A DNA stretch of 64,000 bases, taken from the NCBI GenBank assembly GCA_963718525.1, contig OY970355.1, forward strand, positions 928,001 through 992,000, written 5' to 3'. Each line of letters starts with the position of its first letter. Positions within the stretch are counted from its first letter, which is position 1. The translations under genes were made by a program, and so were the position numbers. A model generated the notes under the pieces. It had not been told where the DNA came from and ran no database searches. It saw only the letters and a list, made by a program, of their open reading frames with translations. The stretch is from Candidatus Dormiibacterota bacterium (GTDB taxonomy: Bacteria; Chloroflexota; Dormibacteria; Aeolococcales; Aeolococcaceae). This document shows positions 39,293-47,880 of the stretch, one piece after another.

Positions 39293-40006
39293 GTGGATGG
39301 ACAGCAGGTGCGGGTGCTCGTGGTCGATGACGACGCGCTCGTGCGCCGGGCCGTGCGTCTCACGTGCGAGAGCGAGGGCTACACGGTCCAGGAGGCCGAG
39401 CGCGCCGGCGAGGCGCTAGCGCGCCTCGAGGTCTTCCATCCGGACGTCGTCGTGCTCGACATCGTCCTGCCCGACCTGTCGGGGTTTGACGTCTGCCGCG
39501 AGATCCGCCGGGCGGGGCACCGGATGCCGGTGATCATCCTCAGCGCCAAGCACGACGAGATCGACGTCGTCCTCGGCCTCGAGATCGGCGCCGACGATTA
39601 CATCGCCAAACCCTTCCGGGCCCGCGAGCTCCTGGCGCGAATCGGCGCCCACCTGCGCAGGGCCAAGGAGCTGCGCGGCGAGGACAAGCCCGCGGACGGG
39701 CGACTCGTGTTCCGAGACCTGGTCATCGATACGGCGGAGCGGCGCGTGACCCGCGCCGACCACGACATCCTGCTCACGCACACGGAGTTCGATCTGCTCT
39801 CGTATCTCGCCTCGAACGCCGGCAAGGTGCTCTCCCGCGAACGGATCCTCAGCGCCGTCTGGGGGTACGAGCACCCGATCGAAACCAGGGTGATCGACGT
39901 GCACGTCCGCAACCTGCGGCGGAAGATCGAGCCGGATCCGGCCCAACCCCGTCACATCCTCGCCGTCCCGGGCATCGGGTACCGCTTCGCCGGGTTGCGG
40001 CGCTGA
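39293..40006 (+). CDS. OmpR/PhoB-family response regulator
   Basis: VLVVDDD, VLDIVLP, GADDYIAKPF, LTHTEFDLL, IDVHVRNLRRK, GIGYRF. Confidence 0.95.
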   Translation: MDGQQVRVLVVDDDALVRRAVRLTCESEGYTVQEAERAGEALARLEVFHPDVVVLDIVLPDLSGFDVCREIRRAGHRMPVIILSAKHDEIDVVLGLEIGADDYIAKPFRARELLARIGAHLRRAKELRGEDKPADGRLVFRDLVIDTAERRVTRADHDILLTHTEFDLLSYLASNAGKVLSRERILSAVWGYEHPIETRVIDVHVRNLRRKIEPDPAQPRHILAVPGIGYRFAGLRR

Positions 40007-40047
40007 CGATCGTCGCGGAGGTGAGGTTGCCGCAAAGTACACTCGGC

Positions 40048-40308
40048 ATGGTGCGCACTCCTCCGATGCTCGACCCCCGCGAGCCCGTGGCCACGGCCCG
40101 TCAGGCCGATCCGGTCTCGGCGTTCACCGTCGGCGCTCTCTCGGTCATCGCCGTCGCGCTCCTCGCAGCTGCCGTCCTCGCCACCTACACCTACGCGACC
40201 CCCAACGTCGAGCTTCCGCTGGTGATCGCGATCGCACTGTTCTTCGTCGTCGTGGTCGCCGCCAACATCCTCCGAGTCGCGGTGCGCCTCCTGCGCCCGG
40301 GGCGCTGA
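40048..40308 (+). CDS. Small two-TM membrane protein
   Basis: Two hydrophobic segments; TACACT upstream; start uncertain. Confidence 0.65.
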   Translation: MVRTPPMLDPREPVATARQADPVSAFTVGALSVIAVALLAAAVLATYTYATPNVELPLVIAIALFFVVVVAANILRVAVRLLRPGR

Positions 40309-40311
40309 CCG

Positions 40312-40971
40312 GTGTCGGAGCATCCCGGCGCCGGCCAGGCGGGTTCGGAGCCGGCAGGAGCAGATCGCCCGACGTTTCCGTCGTATGAGGAGTTCGCCTC
40401 CGACCTGCTCGAGGCCGTGGACGCGGTGGGGCTCAGCATCGAGGACGTTCGCCATCATCTCGAGCCGGGTCTCGGCGAGCGCCGTTTCGAGTGCACGGTG
40501 CGCCTCACCGGCGATCCGCCACCGCGCTACCACGTCCATGTCAGCTATACGTGGGACGCGCTGCTGACGTTCATCTCCGCGTACGGACCCGGAGCGGACT
40601 GCGAGCTGTACCACGACGACGACGAAGCCCAGGACTGTCCGCACCAGCAGATCACGCCGCAGGCGTTCGTCGATGTGGAGGCTGAATTCGTCCTCGGCGA
40701 CGGTGGCTACGAGCTCCACGACCTGGATGAGGTCGGCGGCTGGGTCGAGACCGTGCAGTCCTTGCTTGGCAAGGCGTTTTCCGAGGACGACAAGCCGAGC
40801 GTGCATGTCGGCATCGCGGTGCTCGGCACCACGACGCTTGTGGAGAAGTTCACCGCCGAGCACTCGTGGTTCCTCGACTTCGAGAAGCAACCCGACCTGG
40901 CGACGCTCGCCAAGCAGATCGACTCGGCGCTCAAGCTGGTGCCCCAGCTGGCGGATCGCCTTCCCATCTGA
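40312..40971 (+). CDS. Acidic hypothetical protein
   Basis: 219-aa ORF with GC-rich third positions, tightly following the upstream gene. Confidence 0.75.
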   Translation: MSEHPGAGQAGSEPAGADRPTFPSYEEFASDLLEAVDAVGLSIEDVRHHLEPGLGERRFECTVRLTGDPPPRYHVHVSYTWDALLTFISAYGPGADCELYHDDDEAQDCPHQQITPQAFVDVEAEFVLGDGGYELHDLDEVGGWVETVQSLLGKAFSEDDKPSVHVGIAVLGTTTLVEKFTAEHSWFLDFEKQPDLATLAKQIDSALKLVPQLADRLPI

Positions 40972-40979
40972 GGGCCTCT

Positions 40980-41423
40980 TCAGCCGGGCGTATAGCCCGC
41001 TGCGGCAAGCAGCTCACGCTCGAATGGACGGTGCTCGAGCTCGGCGTGGGGAACGGTCAAACCCGGTTGCCGAACGTGGATCTCGCCACGTTCCCCGAGC
41101 ATGAGGATGTCCGCGTCGGCAATCCGCGGTCCCCACGGGTATGTGCGGCGACGGCCTGCGGCGACCTCGGCGGCTTTGCAATGGGCGAGCCATCGGGCAG
41201 GCGACCACGCTGCCGGGCTCCGGAGCCGGACAACCTGGTTGTGAAAGTCGCCCTGAGCGGTCACCCCGACCGGCCTGGTCACGATCTCCGGGGAGATCGA
41301 GACGATGTCGACACCGCTCGTCGCCAGCGCCTCTCGCAACCGAGCGAGGTTCGCGCCGCGGTGACCGAGGTTGCTCCCCAGTCCCACCCACGCCGTATCG
41401 GTCGCATCCGGGTCGGTGCTCAC
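40980..41423 (-). CDS. folK: 2-amino-4-hydroxy-6-hydroxymethyldihydropteridine diphosphokinase
   Basis: VGLGSNLG, FHN, GRRR..WGPRIADADIL, VPH. Confidence 0.92.
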   Translation of the reverse strand: MSTDPDATDTAWVGLGSNLGHRGANLARLREALATSGVDIVSISPEIVTRPVGVTAQGDFHNQVVRLRSPAAWSPARWLAHCKAAEVAAGRRRTYPWGPRIADADILMLGERGEIHVRQPGLTVPHAELEHRPFERELLAAAGYTPG

Positions 41424-42664
41424 CCGGTAGGGGCCGGAATCGGCAGATCGCGGATCGCTTCGGGGGTCCCGCGAACAACAGCGTCGGCCGCGCGCAAGGC
41501 GCGCACGGTCTCGGCCACGTCGTGGACTCGCACCATGTGTGCGCCCGCCTGCACCGAGAGCACAGCGAGCGCGAGGCTCGGCTCGAGCCGGTGGCTCTGG
41601 CCGGCCTCGCCGATGAGCAGCCCCGTCGTGGATTTCCGGGATGGGCCAACCAGCACGGCACGACCCATGCCCAGCAGCTCGCCGAGCCGGCGGACCAGCT
41701 CGAGGTTGTGTGCCGGGGTCTTGGCAAAGCCGAAGCCGGGATCGATGATCACCTGCGACAGGACGATGCCGGCGTTCTCGGCGACCGCCAGGCTCTGTCG
41801 AAGCCCGAGTGCCACGTCCTCGAGCAGCTCGCCGTAGTCCGTACCGAGCTGGTTGTGCATCGCGACGACAGCGGTTCCCGGGTGCGCGGCGATCACGGCG
41901 GCCATGCCGGGATCACCTCGGAGCCCCCATACATCGTTGACGATCACGGCTCCGGCATCCAGAGCCGCGGCGGCCACCACCGCCTTGCGGGTGTCGATGC
42001 TGATCGGCACCCCGAGAAGCCCGGCGAGCCCGCGAATCACCGGCAGCACCCGCGCGATCTCAGCCTGGGCGGTGACCTCCTCCCGGCTTCGAGACGGTCG
42101 GGTGCTCTCCCCGCCGATGTCCACGATGTCGGCGCCGGCATCGGCAAGAGCGTGCGCCCGCGCGACGGCCGCCTGCACATCGTCGCCAACCCCGTCGCCG
42201 GAGAAGGAGTCCGGGGTGACGTTGAGGATGCCCATCACCAGGGTCCGTTTGCCGAAGTCGAGGCGATATCCCGGCAGCTCGACCGGCGCGGGAGCAGCGC
42301 CACGGGCCATCAGCACCGACCCGATTGCAGCTCCGACCTCCCCGGCGTTCTCGCTCCATGCCGCCAGCTGCATCGGCAATCCGCCCGCGGTGGCGAGGGG
42401 CATGAGCAGCACCGCCCGATCGCCGTCGGGGCTGCTCAGCACCTCGCCGCCACCCTCGGCGACGAGGCGTTCCAGGATCCGTAGCTGGTCAGAGCTCAGC
42501 CCGCGCAGCGCCAGCGCCTCGACCGCACCACGCCGCGCGAGCACGATGAGCTTCTCGGGTGAGACGCCGAGGCCGAGCACGGCATCGCGGAGCGAGTCGG
42601 GAGGCCCGGGGAGGAGCGGGCGTACGTTGTAGCGAGCGGCGACCTCAGCGCTTCCCGCGCCCAT
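41420..42664 (-). CDS. folP: Dihydropteroate synthase with N-terminal extension
   Basis: MGILNVTPDSFSGDG, DIGGESTRP, SIDT, DPGFGFAK, SRK, RVHDV. Confidence 0.95.
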   Translation of the reverse strand: MGAGSAEVAARYNVRPLLPGPPDSLRDAVLGLGVSPEKLIVLARRGAVEALALRGLSSDQLRILERLVAEGGGEVLSSPDGDRAVLLMPLATAGGLPMQLAAWSENAGEVGAAIGSVLMARGAAPAPVELPGYRLDFGKRTLVMGILNVTPDSFSGDGVGDDVQAAVARAHALADAGADIVDIGGESTRPSRSREEVTAQAEIARVLPVIRGLAGLLGVPISIDTRKAVVAAAALDAGAVIVNDVWGLRGDPGMAAVIAAHPGTAVVAMHNQLGTDYGELLEDVALGLRQSLAVAENAGIVLSQVIIDPGFGFAKTPAHNLELVRRLGELLGMGRAVLVGPSRKSTTGLLIGEAGQSHRLEPSLALAVLSVQAGAHMVRVHDVAETVRALRAADAVVRGTPEAIRDLPIPAPTG

Positions 42665-42665
42665 G

Positions 42666-43163
42666 TCAATTCGCGGCGGGCGCGGGTATGTCGGCAGGCT
42701 GCAGTTCGCCCGCTTCGCGCTTCGGCACCATCACCCTGCGCTTGAAGGTGCACACCCGCTCGCCCCGCTGGTTGAATGCGCGCGTCTCGACGGTGATGAT
42801 GCCGCGGTCCGGTTTGCTCGACGACTCGCGCTTGTCGAGCACGGTTGTCTCGGCGTAGATCGTGTCCCCGTGGAAGGTCGGGTTCTCGTGCTTGAGCGAT
42901 TCGACCTCGAGGTTGGCGATCGCCTTGCCGCTGATGTCGGGAACGCTCATCCCCAGCGCCAGGCTGTAGACGAGGTTCCCCACCACCACGTTGCGCCTGA
43001 ACTCCGTCTGTGTTTCCGCGTAGTGCGCATCGCTGTGGAGCGGATGGTGATTCATGGTGAGCAGGCAGAACAGGTGGTCGTCGGCCTCGGTGATGGTCTT
43101 GCCCGGCCAGTGCTTGTACGTGGTTCCAACGACGAATTCCTCGTAGTAGCGGCCGAACTGCAT
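42666..43163 (-). CDS. MaoC-family dehydratase
   Basis: GRYYEEF, TITEADDHLFCLLTMNHHPLH, PTFHGDT. Confidence 0.92.
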   Translation of the reverse strand: MQFGRYYEEFVVGTTYKHWPGKTITEADDHLFCLLTMNHHPLHSDAHYAETQTEFRRNVVVGNLVYSLALGMSVPDISGKAIANLEVESLKHENPTFHGDTIYAETTVLDKRESSSKPDRGIITVETRAFNQRGERVCTFKRRVMVPKREAGELQPADIPAPAAN

Positions 43164-43231
43164 GGATCAGCTCCCGTCGGGGTCTGAGGCGCGGCTGAGT
43201 GCCCGTGTGTCCATGGTGCAACCTACTCTAC

Positions 43232-44104
43232 GTGGCCGCGAAGCAACTCCGCCCCGACGCGTCGAGCGGCGCCGCCACGGTCATCCTCGGCGAGGCACTC
43301 GAGGTGCTGCGCTCGTTGCCCGACGGATGCGCGGGTCTGGTCTACGTCGATCCTCCGTTCAATACCGGTGGTGCTCGTACGGGTCTGACAACCAGCGTCA
43401 TCGCGGACGAGACCGCATCGCGGCGTGGATTCGCCGGCCGGCATTACCGTGTCGAAAGCCGGCCCGGCGCGCGCTACGCCGACCGATTCGACGACTACAT
43501 CGGATGGCTCCGTCCCCGTCTCGAGGAGTCGCGGCGAATCCTCGCGTCACAGGGCAGCCTCTATTTCCACATCGATCCGCGCGAGTCGCACTACTGCAAG
43601 CTGCTGCTCGACGAGATCTTCGGCCGCGAGTGCTTTCTCAACGAGGTGATCTGGGCGTATGACTACGGCGCGAGAACGACGCGCAGGTGGCCGGCGAAAC
43701 ACGACGTCATCCTCGTCTACGTGAAGGAATCGCGCGGGTACCACTTCGATTCCTCGGAGGTCGCGCGCGAGCCGTACATGGCCCCACGCCTGCAGACACC
43801 GGAGCGCGCCGCGCGCGGCAAGCTGCCGACCGACGTGTGGTGGCACACGATCGTGCCGACAGGATCGCGCGAGCGCACCGGATACCCGACCCAGAAACCG
43901 CTGGGGATCGTGCGCCGCATCGTCGCCGCCTCATCACGACCCGGTGATCTGGTCGTTGACTGGTGCGCCGGCAGCGGCACCACCGGCGCCGCCGCGGCCG
44001 AGCTGGGAAGGCGCTTTCTACTTGTCGACGATCAGCCCGCTGCGATCGATGTGATGCGCCGGCGCCTCGCCGGCGTCCCCGGACTGCGGGTGATCACGCG
44101 GTGA
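43232..44104 (+). CDS. Orphan beta-class N6/N4 DNA methyltransferase
   Basis: YVDPPFNTG (motif IV), YPTQKP, DWCAGSGTT (motif I); start uncertain (43199 or 43232). Confidence 0.9.
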   Translation: MAAKQLRPDASSGAATVILGEALEVLRSLPDGCAGLVYVDPPFNTGGARTGLTTSVIADETASRRGFAGRHYRVESRPGARYADRFDDYIGWLRPRLEESRRILASQGSLYFHIDPRESHYCKLLLDEIFGRECFLNEVIWAYDYGARTTRRWPAKHDVILVYVKESRGYHFDSSEVAREPYMAPRLQTPERAARGKLPTDVWWHTIVPTGSRERTGYPTQKPLGIVRRIVAASSRPGDLVVDWCAGSGTTGAAAAELGRRFLLVDDQPAAIDVMRRRLAGVPGLRVITR

Positions 44105-45257
44105 TGCGGTGCCGCTCCAGCAACCCCTTGGCGATGATCAGACGCTGGATCTCGTTGGTCCCCTCGCCGATGATGAGGAGCGGCGCGTCGCGGTAGAGAC
44201 GCTCGACGTCGTACTCCTTTGAGAAACCGTAGCCACCGTGGACCCGCATCGCTTCGCTGACGACCTCGAAGCAGGTCTCGCTGGCGAACAGCTTGGCCAT
44301 GCCGCACTCGACGTCGGCACGCTCGCCGGCGTCCTTCTTGCGCGCGGCGTAGTTGGTGAGCAGCCGCGCTGCCTGGATCTTGGTCGCCATGTCGGCGAGC
44401 TTGAACTGGATCGCCTCGTGCTGGGAGATGGGGACGCCGAACGCCTGTCGCTGCTGCGCGTAGGCAATCGAGAGCTCGAACGCGCGCTGCGCGACACCGA
44501 CACCGCGAGCAGCGACATTGACTCGCCCCACCTCGATGGCGGCCATCATCTGCTTGAAGCCCTGGCCCTCGACCCCGCCGAGAAGATTGGCCGCGGGCTG
44601 CGGGTTGTTCTCGAAGACGAGCTCGGTCGTCTCGACACCTTTGTAGCCGAGCTTCTCGATCCGGCGCGATGACGTGAAGCCGGGGTACTGCTTCTCGGCA
44701 AGGATGCAGGACATGCCGCGGTGCGGCGGGCTTGCGTTGGGATCCGTTTTCACGAGGGTTGCCACAACCGTCGAGTGCTCGCCGTTGGTCGCCCACATCT
44801 TCGTGCCGTTGATGACGTACTCGCCGTTGTCGCGGATCGCGCGAGTTTGGATGGCCTGGACATCCGAGCCGCAATTGGGCTCGCTCATCGAGAATCCACC
44901 GTGAAATTCCCCGGTGGCCATGCGCGGCAGGAAGCGCTGCTTCTGCTCGTCAGTCCCGAAGTTCTCGAGCAGGAAACTGACGATGAAGTGCGTGTTGATG
45001 ATGCCGGTGATCGACATCCATCCCCGCGCGATCTCCTCGCAGACCATCGCGTAGGTGGTGTAGTCGAGGCCGGTGCCGCCGTACTCCTCGGGGATCGCGA
45101 ACCCGAAGAAGCCAAGCTGCTTCATCTGCGCCACGATCTTGTCGGGGTAGACGTCGTCGTGATCCAGGTCGTGCGCCACCGGCATGATCTCGCGTTCGAC
45201 GAAGTCGCGGACCATGCCGACGATCTCGCGCTGCTCGGTGGTCATGTCGATGGACAT
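44094..45257 (-). CDS. Acyl-CoA dehydrogenase
   Basis: SEPNCGSD, NGTKMWATNG, RQAFG, HGGYG, IGEGTNEIQR. Confidence 0.95.
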   Translation of the reverse strand: MSIDMTTEQREIVGMVRDFVEREIMPVAHDLDHDDVYPDKIVAQMKQLGFFGFAIPEEYGGTGLDYTTYAMVCEEIARGWMSITGIINTHFIVSFLLENFGTDEQKQRFLPRMATGEFHGGFSMSEPNCGSDVQAIQTRAIRDNGEYVINGTKMWATNGEHSTVVATLVKTDPNASPPHRGMSCILAEKQYPGFTSSRRIEKLGYKGVETTELVFENNPQPAANLLGGVEGQGFKQMMAAIEVGRVNVAARGVGVAQRAFELSIAYAQQRQAFGVPISQHEAIQFKLADMATKIQAARLLTNYAARKKDAGERADVECGMAKLFASETCFEVVSEAMRVHGGYGFSKEYDVERLYRDAPLLIIGEGTNEIQRLIIAKGLLERHRITA

Positions 45258-45285
45258 GGGCAGAGTCTATCGTCGGGGCGGGCGG

Positions 45286-46011
45286 CTAGGCTTCGGCGAC
45301 GCCGAGGATGTGGACGCGCGCGCGCTGCAGGCGTGGCGCGGCGAGGACCCGTTCGATGCCGAACGACGCCTCGAGCAGCGGCCGGTTGAACGCGATGTAC
45401 GACGGGTCGCCGTTGTACGTCAGCTGCATGCGCTCGAAGCCGGCCGCGTTGAGCAGCCGGTGCAGCTGCGCGCCGCTGTTGGCTCGATAGCGGACCGGGT
45501 ACGCGTCTCCCTCGCCGCGTCCGTAGAGACGGCGAGTCAGGCCGGCGTGCCAGCGATGGGGGATCGCCCTGATCATCCAGGCGTTGTAGTTCCACGCATT
45601 CGGTGTGAGAAACAGGAACTTCCCGCCGGCCGCGAGCACGCGCCGCACCTCGGAGAAGACGAGGCCCGGGTGGTCGAGATGTTCGAGGACCCATGCCGAG
45701 GCGACGAGGTCGAACGTCCCCGTTGCGAAAGGGAGATCCTCGCCCGAGGCCACGACGCGGTGCTCGATCACCCGGTTGTCTGCCAGCGCCTCGGGGTCTG
45801 GATCAAGTCCGTACACGGTGGCGCCGGGCGCGCACGAGAGATCGTCCCCATGCAGACCGTTGCGTCCGCATCCGAGGTCGAGGATCCGTGCGCCCGGTGA
45901 CGAGATTTTGGCGATCAATGCTCGGTACCGGCTCACGCTGTCGACCCAGGACGGGTTGCGCCGCCGATACTCCGCGCGGGCGCGCGTCTGCCGTTCGAAG
46001 CCTGATGTCAT
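45286..46011 (-). CDS. Class I SAM-dependent methyltransferase
   Basis: ILDLGCG, LPF...FDLV, VLEHL, RVL..GG. Confidence 0.9.
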   Translation of the reverse strand: MTSGFERQTRARAEYRRRNPSWVDSVSRYRALIAKISSPGARILDLGCGRNGLHGDDLSCAPGATVYGLDPDPEALADNRVIEHRVVASGEDLPFATGTFDLVASAWVLEHLDHPGLVFSEVRRVLAAGGKFLFLTPNAWNYNAWMIRAIPHRWHAGLTRRLYGRGEGDAYPVRYRANSGAQLHRLLNAAGFERMQLTYNGDPSYIAFNRPLLEASFGIERVLAAPRLQRARVHILGVAEA

Positions 46012-46092
46012 GGAGGGCGGCAGTGTAGTCGGCGGTCGCGCCGGCGGTTGCGCTGGTACAGTTGCGTCGATGAGCGAACGGCCGTTCGCGCG

Positions 46093-46869
46093 ATGATCGC
46101 CGATATCGTCGGCGCCAACTCCACGGCAGCGACCGCGGTCTCAGCCACCCCTGTGTTGGGCAGCTTCGACATCCGTGCGGAGGACTGCATCAACTTCCTG
46201 CGGGGGCTTCCGTCCGAGTCGGTGGATCTGATCGTCACCGATCCGGCGTACTCGGGAATGAATCGGCATATGCGTTTCGGCCATGGGCGCATCGTCGGTC
46301 ACTACGGGAAACCCGACAACGAGCGCTGGTTTCAGGAATTCTCTGACGACCCGGAGTCGTACGCGGTGTTCCTCGGTGAGTGTCACCGGGTGCTTCGCAA
46401 GGACCGCCATGTCTACATCATGTTCGACAGCTTCTCGATGCTCTCTCTCGGCGCGCTGGTGCGGGACTTCTTCGATGTGAAGGGGGTGGTCGTGTGGGAC
46501 AAGGTCCATCTGGGAATGGGCCACTACTTCCGGCGACGTCACGAGCAGATCGTGTTCGCGAGCAAGGGGCGGAGGAAGGTGTCGAGGCGAGACCTGCCCG
46601 ACGTGTGGGCCGTCCCGCGCATCCACCGCGCCGCCTATCCCACGCAGAAACCGGTGAAGCTCTTCGAGTTGATGGTGCAGGCCAGCGCCGAGCCCGGGTT
46701 TCTGGTCTGCGATCCGTTCTGCGGCAGCGGATCGTCGGGCGTCGCTGCGTTGCTCGGTGGCTGCGACTTCATCGGCGCGGACATCGACGCGCGCGCCGTC
46801 GACATCGCGCACGATCGCCTCGCGAATTTCGTTGCATCGGGGCTGGATCAGCTCGAGCCGGCTCACTGA
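46093..46869 (+). CDS. Orphan beta-class N6/N4 DNA methyltransferase
   Basis: SVDLIVTDPAY (motif IV variant), YPTQKP, DPFCGSGS (motif I). Confidence 0.9.
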   Translation: MIADIVGANSTAATAVSATPVLGSFDIRAEDCINFLRGLPSESVDLIVTDPAYSGMNRHMRFGHGRIVGHYGKPDNERWFQEFSDDPESYAVFLGECHRVLRKDRHVYIMFDSFSMLSLGALVRDFFDVKGVVVWDKVHLGMGHYFRRRHEQIVFASKGRRKVSRRDLPDVWAVPRIHRAAYPTQKPVKLFELMVQASAEPGFLVCDPFCGSGSSGVAALLGGCDFIGADIDARAVDIAHDRLANFVASGLDQLEPAH

Positions 46870-46878
46870 TCAGGTTGA

Positions 46879-47865
46879 TCAGTAGCGGGTGCCCTCAGGT
46901 GCCGGGAGCGCGTCGAGCTCGGCCAGGTCCTCGGGGCTGAGCTCGAGGTCAGCCGCCGCCGCGTTCTCCACCAGGTACCTCGGAGTCTTGGTCCCGGGGA
47001 TCGGCACCACGTTCCGGCCCCGAGCCAGCACCCACGCCAGCGCGACCTGCGCGGGGCTCGCTCCGACACGGCCGGCGATCGCGCGCACCCGCCCAACAAT
47101 GGCCAGATTGGCGTGCAACGCCTCCTGCTGGAAGCGCGGCAGCTGGCGCCTGAAGTCATCCTGGGGAAGGTCGTCGAACGACGAGAACCGCCCGGCGAGG
47201 AAACCTCGACCGAGCGGCGAGAACGCGATCAGCGCGATGCCCTGCTCCTTGCAATGCGGGAGCACGTCGGCCAGCACATCCCGGGTCCAGAGCGACAGCT
47301 CGGACTGCACGGACGTCACGGGATGCACGTCCTGAGCTCGCCTGATCTCGGCCACGGACACCTCGGAGAGCCCGATGTGGCGGGCTTTGCCGGCCGCCAC
47401 GACTTCGGCCATGGCGCCCCAGGTTTCCTCCAGCGGCACCGCCGGGTCGACCCTGTGCAGCTGGTAAAGGTCGACGAACTCGGCACCGAGGCGTCGCAGG
47501 CTCTCATCGATTGATCTCAGGACGTGCTCGGGCCGTCCGTTCCGGCCGGCACCCGGAGATGGGGTACCCGCTCCCACGCTCGAGCCGGTGTCGCCCATGA
47601 CCAGCCCGACCTTGGTAGCGAGCACGGCACGATCGCGGTAGCCGCCCGCGAGCGCCCGACCGACCAGCTCCTCGTTTGTGTACGGGCCGTACGCGTCGGC
47701 GGTGTCGATGAGCGTCATGCCGAGGTCGAGTGCCTGGTGGATCACAGCGATCGAGGTCACGTCATCGCGGGGTGTCTGGAGGTCGTACGAGGCTGTCATG
47801 CCCATGCAGCCCAGGCCGATGACGCCAACCTCGGAGCCATCGCCGGTGAGCGTTGTGGTTCGCAC
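46879..47865 (-). CDS. Aldo/keto reductase
   Basis: GLGCMGM, DTADAYG, LATK, DLYQLHR, IGLSE, PIPGT. Confidence 0.95.
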   Translation of the reverse strand: MRTTTLTGDGSEVGVIGLGCMGMTASYDLQTPRDDVTSIAVIHQALDLGMTLIDTADAYGPYTNEELVGRALAGGYRDRAVLATKVGLVMGDTGSSVGAGTPSPGAGRNGRPEHVLRSIDESLRRLGAEFVDLYQLHRVDPAVPLEETWGAMAEVVAAGKARHIGLSEVSVAEIRRAQDVHPVTSVQSELSLWTRDVLADVLPHCKEQGIALIAFSPLGRGFLAGRFSSFDDLPQDDFRRQLPRFQQEALHANLAIVGRVRAIAGRVGASPAQVALAWVLARGRNVVPIPGTKTPRYLVENAAAADLELSPEDLAELDALPAPEGTRY

Positions 47866-47880
47866 TGAGGGTCGATTCCT

